Shown here: positions 1 to 19,054 of the stretch, in pieces
Numbering within the stretch: the first letter of the stretch is position 1
Layout: each line of letters opens with the position of its first letter
DNA from: Eledone cirrhosa
Lineage: Eukaryota
DNA length: 64,000 nt
Reading direction: 5' to 3'
NCBI GenBank assembly: GCA_964016885.1
Contig: OZ024763.1
Coordinates: 6,138,001-6,202,000 of the forward strand
The notes under the pieces: generated by a model
The model's database searches: none
What the model saw: only the letters and a program-made list of their open reading frames with translations
Told to the model about the DNA's origin: nothing
Translations under genes and position numbers: made by a program

Positions 1-254
1 TACTTAGTCATAAAACTAATTTATATATATATATAGGAGGGAATGAGTCAAATCGATTGAATCAGTCACAACATTATTATCAGCTCTTATGCTAATTATT
101 CCCAGAGGGGGGAGGGAAGACAAGAACACTCCCCAATGAGATCTCAACTTGAAACCAACAAGAATAAAACAATTTAACCCCCCCCCCCTTTTTTTTTATG
201 CCAATCTGTCTGAAACCATTCCTGGATTTTTCTTTGACACAAACCTGTTCTGCT

Positions 255-485
255 TTAACCATTCTGTGACCATATTTTTAATGAAACACACTATTTTAAT
301 TAATTAATGAAGAATTTTGAGGGTTTCATTAAATGTTTTATTTCATTACTCGGACATTAACCGAACATGCAGCTTACATAAAATTATGTTGGAAGGTTTT
401 AATTTAAATAGGAACACTTTAAAATGTGTTGTTTTATTTTACAGAACCAGAGCTGGTTTTGGCTAGGTTAGTACCAAAAAGGTTT
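255..485. mobile_element. Degenerate copy of the TTAA/CCCT MITE family
   Basis: TTAACCATTCTGTGACCATATTTTTAATGAAACACACT...TAATGAAGAATTTTGAGG shared with 6777-6929; ends GTACCAAAAAGGTT. Further partial copies on the opposite strand near 8090-8200 and 8870-9170. Confidence 0.5.
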
Positions 486-745
486 CATCATCATCATCAT
501 CATTTTACGTCCGCTTTTCCCTGCTTGCAAGGGTTGGACGGGTCCTATTTCAGCACAGCATCTCTCCACTTGTCACGGTCCTTCGTCCTCTCCTCAGTGA
601 GTTTCAGCGATCTGAGGGCTGCTCTCACCACCTCCGGCCATGTTTTTCGTGGTCTACCTCTTCTGCGTCTTCCTTCTACTGGGATTTCTTGGCACTTCTT
701 TACCCAGCGGTCATCCTCCACGCGCATCACATGTCCATACCATCT
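486..745 (-). mobile_element. RTE-clade LINE 3' fragment
   Basis: Translation RWYGHVMRVEDDRWVKKCQEIPVEGRRRRGRPRKTWPEVVRAALRSLKLTEERTKDRDKWRDAVLK is the typical RTE ORF C-terminus; followed by a (GAT)n tail. Confidence 0.85.
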
Positions 746-1384
746 ATCTAGAAACTTCCCATCAAACACCAGCTTAATAATGAGAAAGTTGGTTACATTA
801 CTAAATCGCTCTAAATCATTTGTCTGTATATCCATCACTCATGTGTGTGTGTGTGTGTGTGTGGGGGTATAATACATGTAAAAATGAGAAAACTCATCGC
901 TAGAACAGCCATTAAAACAGCTATATGCTGTCAAAGACAGGGATGAGCAAAAATGCCTCAGAGGACAGAGACTAGTGGTCAGTGGTCAACAGAGAGACAA
1001 TCCACAAGGTGGGTCACAGGTAGATGAAATATAGAAAAAATTGAAAGAGGTGGATGGAGGACATGGAGAAGTGTGTTGGCTCACAGAAGTGACAGGAAGA
1101 TGGAAATAAAGAAAGGTGATGTAGAAAACAAGTTTACATACACACATCTTCACCCTCATCAGCTCTTAAACCAGCAAAATGGTGTATAAACACTTTAAAA
1201 CAGTTTTGTATCATAGAACAAGGCACAGTTCCATATGGGTGGGTATTGGTACTGAGGTGTGTAGTGGGAATCATATGGAAACTCTGAACTCTTAATTATG
1301 GCAGGAACAAGGAAACAAAGAGTTGATTACAACATTAATGTGACGTCAGAGAATGGCAGAAGTGTGAATATGTGTGTGTGTATA

Positions 1385-1730
1385 GACACACACATGGTAT
1401 ATAGAGTTCAGAGAGAAGTGTGTGTATATATACATACATACACATAGTATTTAGAGTTCAGAGGTTTGTGTGTGTGTATACATACATACATACATACACA
1501 TAGTATTTAGAGTTCAGAGGTGTGTGTGTGTGTGTGTGTGTGTGTATACATACATACACATAGTATTTAGAGTTCAGAGGTGTGTGTGTGTGTATGTGTG
1601 TGTATATACATACATACACACAGTATTTAGAGTTCAGAGAGGGGGGTGTGTGTATGTATGTGTGTGTATATACATACATACACACAGTATTTAGAGTTCA
1701 GACAAAGGTGTGTGTGTGTGTGAGTGTGTA
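1385..1730. repeat. ~60-bp minisatellite with embedded (TG)n
   Basis: CACATAGTATTTAGAGTTCAGAGG(TG)nTATACATACATA, about 6 copies. Confidence 0.85.
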
Positions 1731-2036
1731 TACACCAAGAAATCCCAGTGGACGGAAGCGACGGAAGAGATATACCAAGAAAGACCTGGACAGAAAGAGG
1801 TGGTCAGAGGTGACCTCAAATCACTGAGACTCACAGACAAAAGGATGAGTGGGGAGATGCTGCGCTGAAGAGAACTCATCGAAGCCATGCATACATGGAC
1901 ATGATGATGATGATGATGCTACACACAGTATATAGTGTTCAGAAAGAGAGAGTCCTACCATTGTGAGGTCAACCGGAAGGAAACATATTTAGACAATCCT
2001 TATTGCTGAAGGAACTTACATTCCCTATATACACAC

Positions 2037-2068
<32 letters not shown>

Positions 2069-2101
2069 CACTGTGTGTGTGTATATATATATATATACAC
2101 A

Positions 2102-2142
<41 letters not shown>

Positions 2143-2580
2143 TACACACAGTATCTATACACTGTATATATTACATTATACACTATATACAGTGTGTGTA
2201 TGTATGTGTATATTATATATATATACACACTATATATTACATTATACACTATATACACAGTGTGTGTGTATATATTTATTTATTTATACACATACACACA
2301 CATACACACACACAGTATTACGTTATACATTATATACACACTATAAACATTCCCTACATATACTATATATAAACACTATATATTACACTATACACAGACT
2401 TAGGGAATGTTTAGTCTGTGTATATATTACGCCAAATATATACACAAATATCATTACACTATATATTATATACCATATACACACAACACTATAAGTTCCT
2501 TAACTACACACCCATGCCTGAGCCTACATAGATGTGTGTATATATGTATTTATATAAATATGTGTGTGTGTGTATATATG

Positions 2581-2622
<42 letters not shown>

Positions 2623-3799
2623 AACATACACATATATGACAATAAACTAGTTTGAAAATACAATGCCTCTTCTCAACATGTGTCAAATCTCATATACATA
2701 TGCACATATATATACACATCCATACACACATACACATATATATATACACATCCATACGCGCACACACACATATATATATATATACACATCCATACACACA
2801 CAGACACACACATATATATATACACATCCATACACACACAGACACATACATATATATATATATATACACACATCCATACACACACATATATATACACATC
2901 CATACACACACACATATATATATACACACATCCATACACATACACACACACATATATATATATACACACATATATATACACATCCGTACACACATATATA
3001 TATATACACATACACACATATATATACACATCCATACACATATATATAAACACATCCATACACACATACATATATATATATATATATATTCACACCCATA
3101 CACATATACACACACATATATAAACACACATCCATACACATATATATATACACATCCATACATATATATATATATATACACACATACACATATATATACA
3201 CATCCATACACATATATATATATACACATCCATACACACATATATATCCACACACACACGTCTGTGAAAGGATCTCTTCAATGCCATTGTTGTGAAGTTG
3301 CAACATCTTCATAAGAGATCTTAGAAAAACTGTCAATTCTACACACACACTTCTACACATAATTCTATACACCATTGTCTGTTCATCTACCATCCTTCTA
3401 GGAATGTCTCTTCTCTTACTGGCTTGGTCTAATACATACCTGTATGTATATATGTATGTTTGTGGGTGTGCATATATGTGTGTGTTTGTATGCATGTATG
3501 TGTCTATACATGTATATATGTTTGTGTGTGTGCATCTGTATATGTGCATGTGTACATATATGTATGAATGAATGCATGTGTGTATGTATAAGGTGATAGG
3601 AGGTTGTATGCTTCCAAGATGTGTGCACATGTAGATATAATAACATGGCAGGTGTGTATACATACATATACACCTGCCATGATGATGTTTACCAATGACC
3701 ACCAATTAATGATTGATCCATTGTGATTGATAATTAAACTATAAACACCACAGTTCCATTCACAATGGAATATAATTATTATACACATATGGAGGGGTT

Positions 3800-4560
3800 T
3801 CTCACACCACCATCACCACCACCACCACTTCACCTCTCACACCACCATCACACCTTCCTTACATCTATCACACCATCACCTCCCTCACATCTCCATCACC
3901 ACCAAATCTCTCACATCACCACCACTTCACTCACACCACCATCACTTCACTCACACCACCATCACACCTTCCTTACATCTATCACACCATCACCTCCCTC
4001 ACATCTCCATCACCACCACTTCACTCACACCACCATCACCACCACCACTTCACCTCTCACACCACCACCTCTCTCATACCATCACACCACCACCATCACA
4101 CCTCTCACACCATCATCACCACCTCTCTCGTACCATCACACCACCACCACCACCACACCTCTCACACCACCATCATCACCACCTCTCTCATACCATCACA
4201 CCACCACCATCACACCTCTCACACCATCATCACCACCTCTCTCGTACCATCACACCACCACCACCACCACACCTCTCACACCACCATCATCACCACCTCT
4301 CTCATACCATCACACCACCACCACCACACCTCTCACACCACCATCATCACCACCTCTCTCATACCATCACACCACCACCACCACCACACCTCTCACACCA
4401 CCACCACCACCACATCTCGGCAACACCTTTCTTACATCTCCATCACATCTCACACAACAATCATCTTTCTCACATCACCACATCTCTCACATCACCTCAC
4501 ATCACCTCACATATGACTGCACTTGTTACCACCACCACCACACATCTCCCTCTCTCACAC
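3800..4560. repeat. (CAC/CAT)n-derived low-complexity higher-order repeat
   Basis: Recurrent CACCTCTCACACCACCATCATCACCACCTCTCTCATACCATCACACCACC units. Confidence 0.85.
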
Positions 4561-4566
4561 ACACAC

Positions 4567-4597
<31 letters not shown>

Positions 4598-5311
4598 ATC
4601 CTCCACACCATTCTATCCACTTACTGCTTCTTCCATAGCAATTATTGTAGAAAAGGTTTTCTTTTGTGATACTACTACTGTTACTACTACTACCACCACA
4701 ACTACTATTACCACCACCACTACTACTAATTTTACTACTATTGTTACTACTACTACTAGCACCATCTACTACTGTTACTACCACAAATGCTAAAAAATCA
4801 AATACTTCCAATATAGGGCTACCTACATTGTGAATGAGGACAGGTGTACGAGTGTGTACGAGTGTGTGTGTGTGTGTGTAAAGAGGTAGTGCTAGTGTCA
4901 TGATAAGATGCACCCATTCCACCCTGTAAAGTGTTTAGTAAAAGGATGTACATCCAGGTGTGGAAACCATTCCAAACTGGAACACATGAGCAAGACAATC
5001 AGCTGACCCGTTTCGTCACAGAATAGGATGACCCAGCCAACCCATGCTAGCATAGAAAATGGACGCAAAACTAATAATTAAAAAGAGAGAGAGAGAGCCT
5101 GTCATCCTACATTGAAACGTTCATAGAGTAAAGTAATGTTGAAAATCTTAACTGGTTATTCATTAATTTAAAGTTTTGAGCTCTGCAGTTTGTGCCATAA
5201 CAGTCCATAACATAATCCACAGGGGATTACTGATTGACCAAGGATACAGATTAACATCGAGCTTCTATAATCTTCACCAGGATATATATTGGTAACCTCT
5301 AATATAACCTA

Positions 5312-5344
<33 letters not shown>

Positions 5345-5809
5345 AACAAAATTTAATATAGAAATGGCTTCTACAGGAGTAGAACTGCTTTATTCAAATG
5401 CAACAGTTCTAGTCCTGTAGAACCCATTTTTATATTCAATTTTGTTCTATACACTCTACTAATGTATCGAGTACCTTACTGTGGTTGCCCTCAATTGAAC
5501 CCGGGACTCGTTTAGATATATATATGACTCAATACAGACATGCTTTTTCTTAAAATATTTTTTTCCATTCCTTCCTCTTCTCACTATCCCTTTTCTTTCA
5601 TCTTTCATTTCTCATTCTATCTTCTGATGAAGGACTAGCATCCAAAATGTAAAAACTCTTTTCCTACTATATCAAGCTTTAATCTAATACATTTCTTCAT
5701 TGTACTGTGTTGTTTGAGAAGATTAAACAAAAAAGTATTGAACAAACTCCGATGTGTAATGTGCAATGAAACTGGGTATATGAAGTGGTGAAAGCAGTGT
5801 GCAAGAGAG

Positions 5810-6770
5810 AAGACTGCACTGGTATGGATATGTGATGTGTGTGGATGATGTTTGTTGGGTGAAGAAGTGCCAAGAAGTCTCAGTGGAGGGATGCCATAGT
5901 AGAGTAAAACCAAGGAAAACCTGGGCGGAGGGAAGTGGTGAGAGCTGATATCAAATCTGAACCTCATAGGTCACCGAGTGGAGAGATGCTGTGCTGAAAA
6001 AAAATCTGCCTAACCCATGTGAGCATCAAACAGATGTAAAATGGTGATATATATATATATATAGTGTGCAGGAGATAAGACTGAGCTAGTATGGCCATGT
6101 GATGTGCATATGGATGATGATTGTTGTGTGACAAAATGCCAAGCATTCACAGTGGAGGGTGACCAAGGAAAACCTGGGCAGAGAGAAGTGGTGAGAGATG
6201 ATCTCAAATCTCAGAACCTCACAGAAGAGATGGCAACAGAGGAATATGACAAGTGGCAAGATGCTGTACTGGCAAAAGATCTGTCCACCCCATGCAAGCG
6301 TGGAACATCATCATCATCATCGTTTAACGTCCATTTTCAATGGTAGCATGGGTAGGACAGGTTGACCCTTTGGGAGAAGATCAAGTCAGAGGACCATGTT
6401 TCGATCACCCAGGGCTGATTTTTGGGGTTGGTTTCTACAGCTGGATACCCTTCTTAATGCCAACCACATTTACAGTGTGTGCTAGGTGCTTTTTGTCATG
6501 TCGCTGACACAACCACTTTACAGTGAGGACTGGGCACTCTTGTCTTGACACATGGGGGTCCAGCAGATACCTACCTACATACAGAGTTGGTATGGGCATG
6601 TGATGCATGTGGTTGGTGATTGCTAGATAGACCTGAGCAGAGAGATGTGGTGGGAGCTGATGTCAAATTTCAAGCTCAGAGAGGAAATGATGACTAAGGA
6701 ACGCAGTGGGGTGGGGGTGGGGGAAAGACCCATTTAACTCGTGGAAAAATGGACGCAAAACTGATGATAG
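5810..6770 (+). mobile_element. Cluster of degenerate RTE 3' fragments (about 5810-6050, 6065-6305, 6585-6770) with an oppositely oriented short element at 6307-6550
   Basis: Repeated TGGTATGG..ATGTGATG..ATGGATGATG...CAAGGAAAACCTGGGC..AAGTGGTGAGAG sequence homologous to the 486-745 copy. A similar degenerate piece lies at 1735-1918 (+) and 9345-9470 (-). Confidence 0.7.
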
Positions 6771-6776
6771 CATTAA

Positions 6777-6929
6777 CCCTTTCATGACCACATTTCTATT
6801 GAAAGACACTGTTTCAATCATTAAATCCTTAATGAAGAATTTTGAGGAATTTATTAAAATGATTAATTATTTCATTACTAAGATTATAACTTATAAAATT
6901 ATGTTTTGGCCGGGCTCGTAAGAAAAGGG
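6777..6929. mobile_element. Short piggyBac-like MITE (same family), nested in the (GAT)n tail of an RTE fragment
   Basis: TTAA|CCCTTTCATGACCACATTTCTATTGAAAGACACTG ... AAAAGGG|TTAA; its left end matches the 60.2-kb array unit; GAT repeats lie on both sides. Confidence 0.7.
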
Positions 6930-7521
6930 TTAAATGATGACAATGATGGCATTTGATGATGATGATGATATATATATATTATATATATATATTATATTAT
7001 ATATATATATACATATGTGTGTCTGTGTACACACAAACATCTACAGAGGTTGTGTATTGATTCTATTTTGTTATTTTATAGGTTAACAGGTGTAGAGATG
7101 GAATGAGGACATGACTGAGAAAAGAAGTCTGTTGTGTTCCTTCAGTGCTTTCTATATCATTCAGTCTATATTAGAGGAGGAGAGGTGAGAGGATGGGAGA
7201 GAGGAGAGGAAGATGAATGGTGATGTAGGGAGGGGGTGAAAGAGGGGCGAGGAAGGGAGAAGGGGAGAGAGAAATAAGGGGGAATGAGGGGTGAAAGTAG
7301 AGGGACTGACAGAGTGCTGTGGAGTCAGGTGATCCCATATCAGATCAATAAGATCAATAGATCAATCTGGTCAGTGGTATTTTTTTATGTGTTTGGATTT
7401 TTGAAAGGCAGTGTTAAAAGAACTTGAATAGTTTCTGTATATAATAAATGTTTCATTAAAAAGGAACGTGATGAAAGTGGATGAGATGATGTGCTGAAAA
7501 TGACCCATCAAACCCATTGCT

Positions 7522-7810
7522 AGTGGAGGCACCTGGCCCACTAGTAAGGGTGTTGGACTTACTGTCATAATGTCTTGGGTTCAATTCCTGGACTTGGTTG
7601 TGTGTTGTGTTCTTGAGCAAAACCCTTCATTCCATGCTGCTCCAGTATACTTAACTGAAAATGAGTACCAGCAGCAATAGGTGGGGGTTTAACCCTGCAA
7701 TGGACTGGCGTTCTGTCCAGGGAGGAGAGTCTCGCACACCCAGTTGCTTCATGTCAAGGAAACTGGGATAAACACCAGCTTGATGAGCCTTTGGGCTCAA
7801 GACAGACTTT
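7522..7810 (+). mobile_element. tRNA-derived SINE (family B) with a V-SINE-like central segment
   Basis: B-box-like GGTTCAATTCC, then TGTGTTCTTGAGCAAAAC and AACCCTGCAATGGACTGGCGTTCTGTCCAGGG, which resembles from memory the conserved V-domain. The domain name is tentative. Confidence 0.6.
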
Positions 7811-8525
7811 AGAACCCATTGCAAACATGGAAAAATTGATGTAAAATATTAATGAAGATGATAAACTTCCTTGTTGAGTACCAACCAGTCCTTGGTTCTA
7901 CTGGCATACAGCAGGCTTGATTTCGACTCACACAGGCAATACTGTTCCCGCATTTTTTTTTTCATCTCTAAGGGGCTTATGTGCCCCAATTTGTCTATTT
8001 TTTCATAGTCAAAAAACCCTGCATAGAAGCTGCTATAAGCCAACATATATGAACAATTCAAAATTAGCTCTAAAGAACACAACTATTTACTAACTGGCTG
8101 TGACTTCATAACGAGAAAGTTATGTTACTAAATCCCTCTAAATTTTTGTTTATTTTCAAAATTATCTTTCATTAGAAATATGGTAACAAGAGAGTAAAGT
8201 GTTTATCTATATACTACTAAAACTGCTTGCTTGCTTGTCTGTAATGTAATACAGCAAAAAGGGCACATAATGGGAAAATACTTTGATAGGAAGTTGACCC
8301 TGAAATGTGAATAGAAATGGAATAAAACAAGTTTCATGTAAATCGGTGTACGAGTTCCCGAGGTACGGAGTTTTTCCGGGTACCTGAGAAGGAAAATGGA
8401 AGAGAGAGAGAGCTGGTAGTGTTGTTGAATGAAATTACAACCGGTGATTTCAAAGAAACAAATACAGCATTACTGTATCCTACTAAATAGAAAGGGTTTC
8501 TAAGTGTGTCTGTATATGTGTGAAA

Positions 8526-8661
<136 letters not shown>

Positions 8662-8826
8662 CTGGTGTATATAGGTCACAGACACCCACATATATATATA
8701 TATATATATATACCTTCCAGTTTCATTTTACATTATATACATGTCTATGTATATTTTGATTATTTTAAAATTATCTTTTAAGTGAATGTGACTCAACGGG
8801 TCATGCATGGTCTAGTATTTATGTAA

Positions 8827-8873
<47 letters not shown>

Positions 8874-9692
8874 TTTCATCATAATTTTATGTAAGAACCT
8901 TGTTAAGTTATGTTCCAAACATCAACAGTGTCTTTCATTAGAAATATGGTAATAAGAGGGTAAAGTGTTTATATTTATCCAAAAAACCTTCCATCATTGT
9001 TTATGTAGGAACCTTTAAGTTATGTTATGTTCCAGACACCAACTTAATGAGAAAGTTATATTACTTTCTACTTCTCGAGTCATCCCTCCATTGAAGGTGA
9101 AACATGCAAATTCTAACTTATAGGTAGTGTCTTTCATTAAAAATATGGTAAACTAATTGAAAAGGTTAACTAACTCATTAAACAGTTAGTTAAATTATTA
9201 TTTAATCCAAAGATGATCAGGTAAATATATAAATACACAGGTGAGTAGTAGGTCACATGGCATATTACAAAAAGGTCATGAGGAATGCCACACCTGAGAT
9301 ATATTAACGAAGTAGCAATTAAATATATGTTGGATATATATCATCACAATCATCATCATTGTTTTTAAGTCCGTTTTTTCCACGCAGGACAGGTCCTTTT
9401 TCAGCACTCTCTCCACTTGGCGCGTTCCTTTGTCATCTCTGTGAATCTCGGGGATTTGTGATCTCTCTTACACATATATAAACACATACACATATGATCA
9501 TCATCATCATTTTACGTCCATTTTTTCATGCTAGACGAGTTATCCTGTTGTGGGCAATGTTAGATCAGGTGACCATGTCTGTCTCATTCAAAACTGATTT
9601 TGGCTTGGTTTCTACAGCTGGATGCCCTTCCTAATACCAACCTCATTTACAGTGTGGACTGGGTGCTTTTTGTGGAGATATAATTATACTTA

Positions 9693-9988
9693 TCATATTT
9701 GACGGCTTATAAGACACAAAATGCCCCAGAAAATCACTCTGCCTCTTATAAGGGCAAGGGTTAGTTAGGGTTACTGAGTTCTAGTGCTGCAGTGGGCCTT
9801 AAATTAAATTTTCACACTTCCTTAGGTTATAAAAATGTACTACAATATTACAACTAGACTTACGACGTAAATGTACAAACTTTACATCCTTCACCTGACA
9901 GTTGTAATTTAAACCCATTTTTTTTAAATGTCTGCCCAAATTGAGGTGCGTTTAATAGTCCATGCATCTTGTAAGCTGTCGAATATGG
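9693..9988. mobile_element. Degenerate Tc1/mariner-superfamily MITE
   Basis: Left TCATATTTGACGGCTTATAAGACAC versus reverse complement of right end CCATATTCGACAGCTTACAAGATGC; preceded by TA. Confidence 0.55.
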
Positions 9989-10136
9989 CATATTTATATA
10001 TATCAAAATGGATGCAGTAAAAACCTGTTTAGATCATTACTCAACAGAGTACTCGATACTTGGGGTAGTATAGTTTGATAATAGGAAAGTCAGGACCCAA
10101 CGGCAAGAGCTCAGCCATCGGGGTCCAAACTCTTTC

Positions 10137-10304
10137 CAGTATCGGTAGAGGGTTGGACACCATGCTTTACAACACGGAGTTACTGCCCTTTACGGTCTGA
10201 GTTCAAATCCCACCGAGGTTAACTTTGCCTTTCATCCTTAGGGGGTCAATAAAATAAAACACCAGTAATGTACTGGAATAATTTCTGGCCTTGTGCCAAA
10301 AGTA

Positions 10305-10312
<8 letters not shown>
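10137..10312 (+). mobile_element. tRNA-derived SINE (family A)
   Basis: Same head, B-box (10199-10210), core and tail as 21266-21447. Confidence 0.8.
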
Positions 10313-10341
<29 letters not shown>

Positions 10342-11787
10342 ATACTTTGGGAGGGTCATGCTGCCAATAAAAACACATGCACCTGTTAGTTTTCACTTCA
10401 GTTTATTATAAATTTCCAGTTGGTTGGTTGGTTCAATAACCAGATGGTTGTTTAAATAGTCAAAACTCAGTGACTAAGCTTTTATTTTGTGTGTCTCCTT
10501 TGTTCTGTCCTACACCATCTTGTTTTTGTGTGCTGTGTGCTTACTTTGTACATGCGTTACATCTGGGTGTGTGTGTCTGGCCTTGTGCCTAAAGTAGAAA
10601 CAGTTACATCTGGGTGTGTGTGTTTTTATGTATTTATTTATGTGTTTATTTACTCTTATATATATATAGGAGTATGTGTGTCATAAAGCCCAACTATGAT
10701 TCTCCTCTACTTTTCCTGGTTTAAAGTGAGTTTGTTCAGAGTTCAACTATTTTGTATGTAATCTTCTATATTTGATGTAGCTTGGGGAACCTTGCATGTT
10801 CTTGACATTCTCTGGATGGTAGAAAGCACATCCTGACACTTGGCTGTTATTTCATCTTAGACAATGTCCTAAAGTTCTTGGCTGTCTGTTGACTATTGGT
10901 AAACTATCTTCATTTCTGACATGGTCAGTTTGTTAAACACCAAGAATGTGCCTATAGCAGGCAGTACCAAAAACGTTCACCATACTTGCCATCTGATGTG
11001 TATATTATGTGATATATTAACCCTTTAGCATTTAAACCAACCACATCCGGCCAGAATTCTCTCATCTCTTTTTGTTCAAACTGGCTGTAATCGGTTGCTC
11101 ATACTGATGTTAAGGTATTGTAGATTCAATATTATGTGAGATAAAGCTTTTATCACAAAAATAAAATAGTAAATATAGAGTAATATAAATGCTAAGGTGT
11201 TAGGAAGGGCACCCAGCTATAAAATCCCAGGTCAAATGTATAGTCCTCGGAGCAAGGTATGGTGTGGCTAATTCTGGCCAGAATTGTCTCCCAACGTAGC
11301 CGACCCATCAAACCCATGCAAACATGGAAAAAATGGATACTAAACGGTGATGATGATGATGATATTGAGGGAATTTTCTTCTGAAGGCCTTCTGCTGTCA
11401 AGCTCTCCTGAGAGTTTCTTACCACTGTAGTATATTCGTCTGTCCCCTTGCCTAGCTTGGATTACATTGGCAACATAACCTTATTAAATAAGATGCTGTG
11501 ATGATGTAGTGTTACTGGTGGTGTCATTGAAATATGTATCACAGCTGATTATGAATAAAGCAATTATGAACATCTATATCTGACCTTCGCAATAATATAT
11601 ATACACACACACACATATATATACATATACATACATATACACACAAGAGGGGCACCCGGCTGTGGAAATCAAGCCAAAATCAGTCGTGTGAGTGAAACAA
11701 TCCTTCAACCAGGATCTCTCACAACGGGACAGCCCGTCCTACCAAGGCTAGCATGGAAAATAAATGTTAAACGATGATGATATATAT

Positions 11788-11826
<39 letters not shown>

Positions 11827-12619
11827 TACACACACACATACATACATACATTCATACATACAAGTTCGGTGGTTCATCACTGGATAGAACTGGTTATTCC
11901 ATAGAGCCAACCATGATGTAATATTAGGAAAAGCACTCAGCGTTATGCAACTCATCCATCATTGATGTTGAATCTCGTTGGTGTGCGAGAACGGAGTTAA
12001 TTATTATTGAGTAAAATGACAGGAGGCGAGACTGGTGAAATTCCTGGCTCGAAGGCGGGCAGCCAAATTGACAACAACTGGTCCTCTTGATCGCCTTTAA
12101 GTCAAAAAGATTTTTCTCTGTTTTTTTTATATCCTTATAGCTTCTTGGATTGTGTTTATCATCATTCTTTTATCATATAACTATTATGCAATAAACACCT
12201 GATGATGCCACCAGGATCTTACATAACCTGGCCAGTGAAAAGAATCTTTGTAGAAATTTCACCAGTAAAATATTTTACTCAATAAAATATATATATATAT
12301 ATATATATCCTTCCTGAAAGCATGCAGATAATAATATAAAACGTCAGCAAATGGGGAGGGGGGTGCAATGTAAAGTAAAAAATAATAGGTAGCAAGAAGT
12401 GGGGGGTTGAGGGAGAATGAGCAACTGAAAAACTAAATAAAGAAAAATAAATGTTAAAAAAAATAAAGAAAAATAAAGAAAATGTAAATAAAACTAAATA
12501 AACCAACAAACATTATAGTATGACAAATGATATTATAGAAGAGGACAAGCCATGAAGAAAAGAATTTAAAATATGTTAACTGGCTTAATACATAGCTCTA
12601 TATGAGAAATAGGAATATA

Positions 12620-17770
<5,151 letters not shown>

Positions 17771-19054
17771 CTTATATTTACAGTAATATAAACACCTGAG
17801 AAAGTCCATCTCCTCGGCCAGGTGTGAACACAGCTGACTTCTTCCAGAGAAAGGGAAAGTGAGAGATATAGAGAAAGAAATGACCCTAGTAATTAACTGG
17901 TACTTTAATTGACCTTGATGGAGCTGAAAGGTAAAGTTGACCTTGGCACATTGGTGGGATTTGAACTCGGGAAGAGCAGCAGAAAGCTGGAATAAATACT
18001 ATGGAATATTCTCATGTTCTAACAGTCCTGCCTTATAGTAATATATACACACATACATATATAGACATGTATGTATAATATTGTATACAAACACACACAC
18101 ATATGTAGACATATGTATATATAATATACACACAACAGACATGTATTATAATATATAGTATTATATTCACACAGAGACACATATGTATATCATTTTTATA
18201 CACATATACACATGCGTATGTATAGTATTATACATACATATGCATACATGTATGTTAGACACATGTATAGTATTATATATATACACACACACATATATAT
18301 ATATATAAATGTACCTATTACTTGTATTCCACTACAAAACCTGATATATAGCTTTATTCAAAATAGTAAATTGTTATATGTTCTGACAAACAAATTTTCA
18401 TATAAAGACTTACCTAGAAATAAACAATATATATACACACACACACACACATATATATACATACACACACATATATACATACACACACATATACATGTGT
18501 GGGGGCGTAGGCTGACTATGAAGAATTGATGCTAGACCTGTGAAATCTTGCATTAACTTCAACTCTTAATAACTGAATTGTTTCTTTCCTGGGACTATGT
18601 TGAAAAATAAACCCCCATTTGCTCATTGCCTGAGAATATCTTGGTCAGCTTATGAAGGAGTGATGCTAGAGCTGTGATATCTTGCATGCATTAATTTCAT
18701 CTCTTCTTAACTGCATTATTTCTTTCCAAGGACAATGTTGAAAAATAAACCTCATTTGGTCATCCCATGAGAGTATCTTGGTCAGCATAAGAACTTATTT
18801 CAACATATTTCAGGGCTAAGGCCCTCTTTACGAATGTGAAATGAAAACTGTTACAAATGTTTGCTTTTTTTATCTTGGTCAAACTATGAACTTTCCAGTC
18901 AACTTTCATGTATGAGTGTGTGATAAGTAAACAAACTACAAAGCAGACAGCACAGTACAATGAAGAAATATTTTAACACTTGATATAGTAAGAAAAGAGT
19001 CTTTATGTTTCAGGCACTAGTGTTTCATAGAATACAATGAGAAATATGTAAATG

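Noticed and set aside
3260-3440. Open minus-strand frame YVLDQASKRRDIPRRMVDEQ...EEILSQT
   Set aside because: No recognisable homology and no clear donor; may be a decayed LINE fragment.
3765-4598. 277-aa His/Thr/Pro/Ser-rich ORF resembling a mucin or extensin
   Set aside because: Built from CAC/CAT simple repeats and ends in (TG)n; no signal peptide or splice support.
10137-10215. tRNA gene (B-box GAGTTCAAATCC)
   Set aside because: No cloverleaf evident; it continues into a core and tail shared by three dispersed copies, so it is a SINE head.
18495-18912. Possible old mariner remnant with an internal ~125-bp duplication
   Set aside because: Only one terminus resembles a TIR; too degenerate to call.
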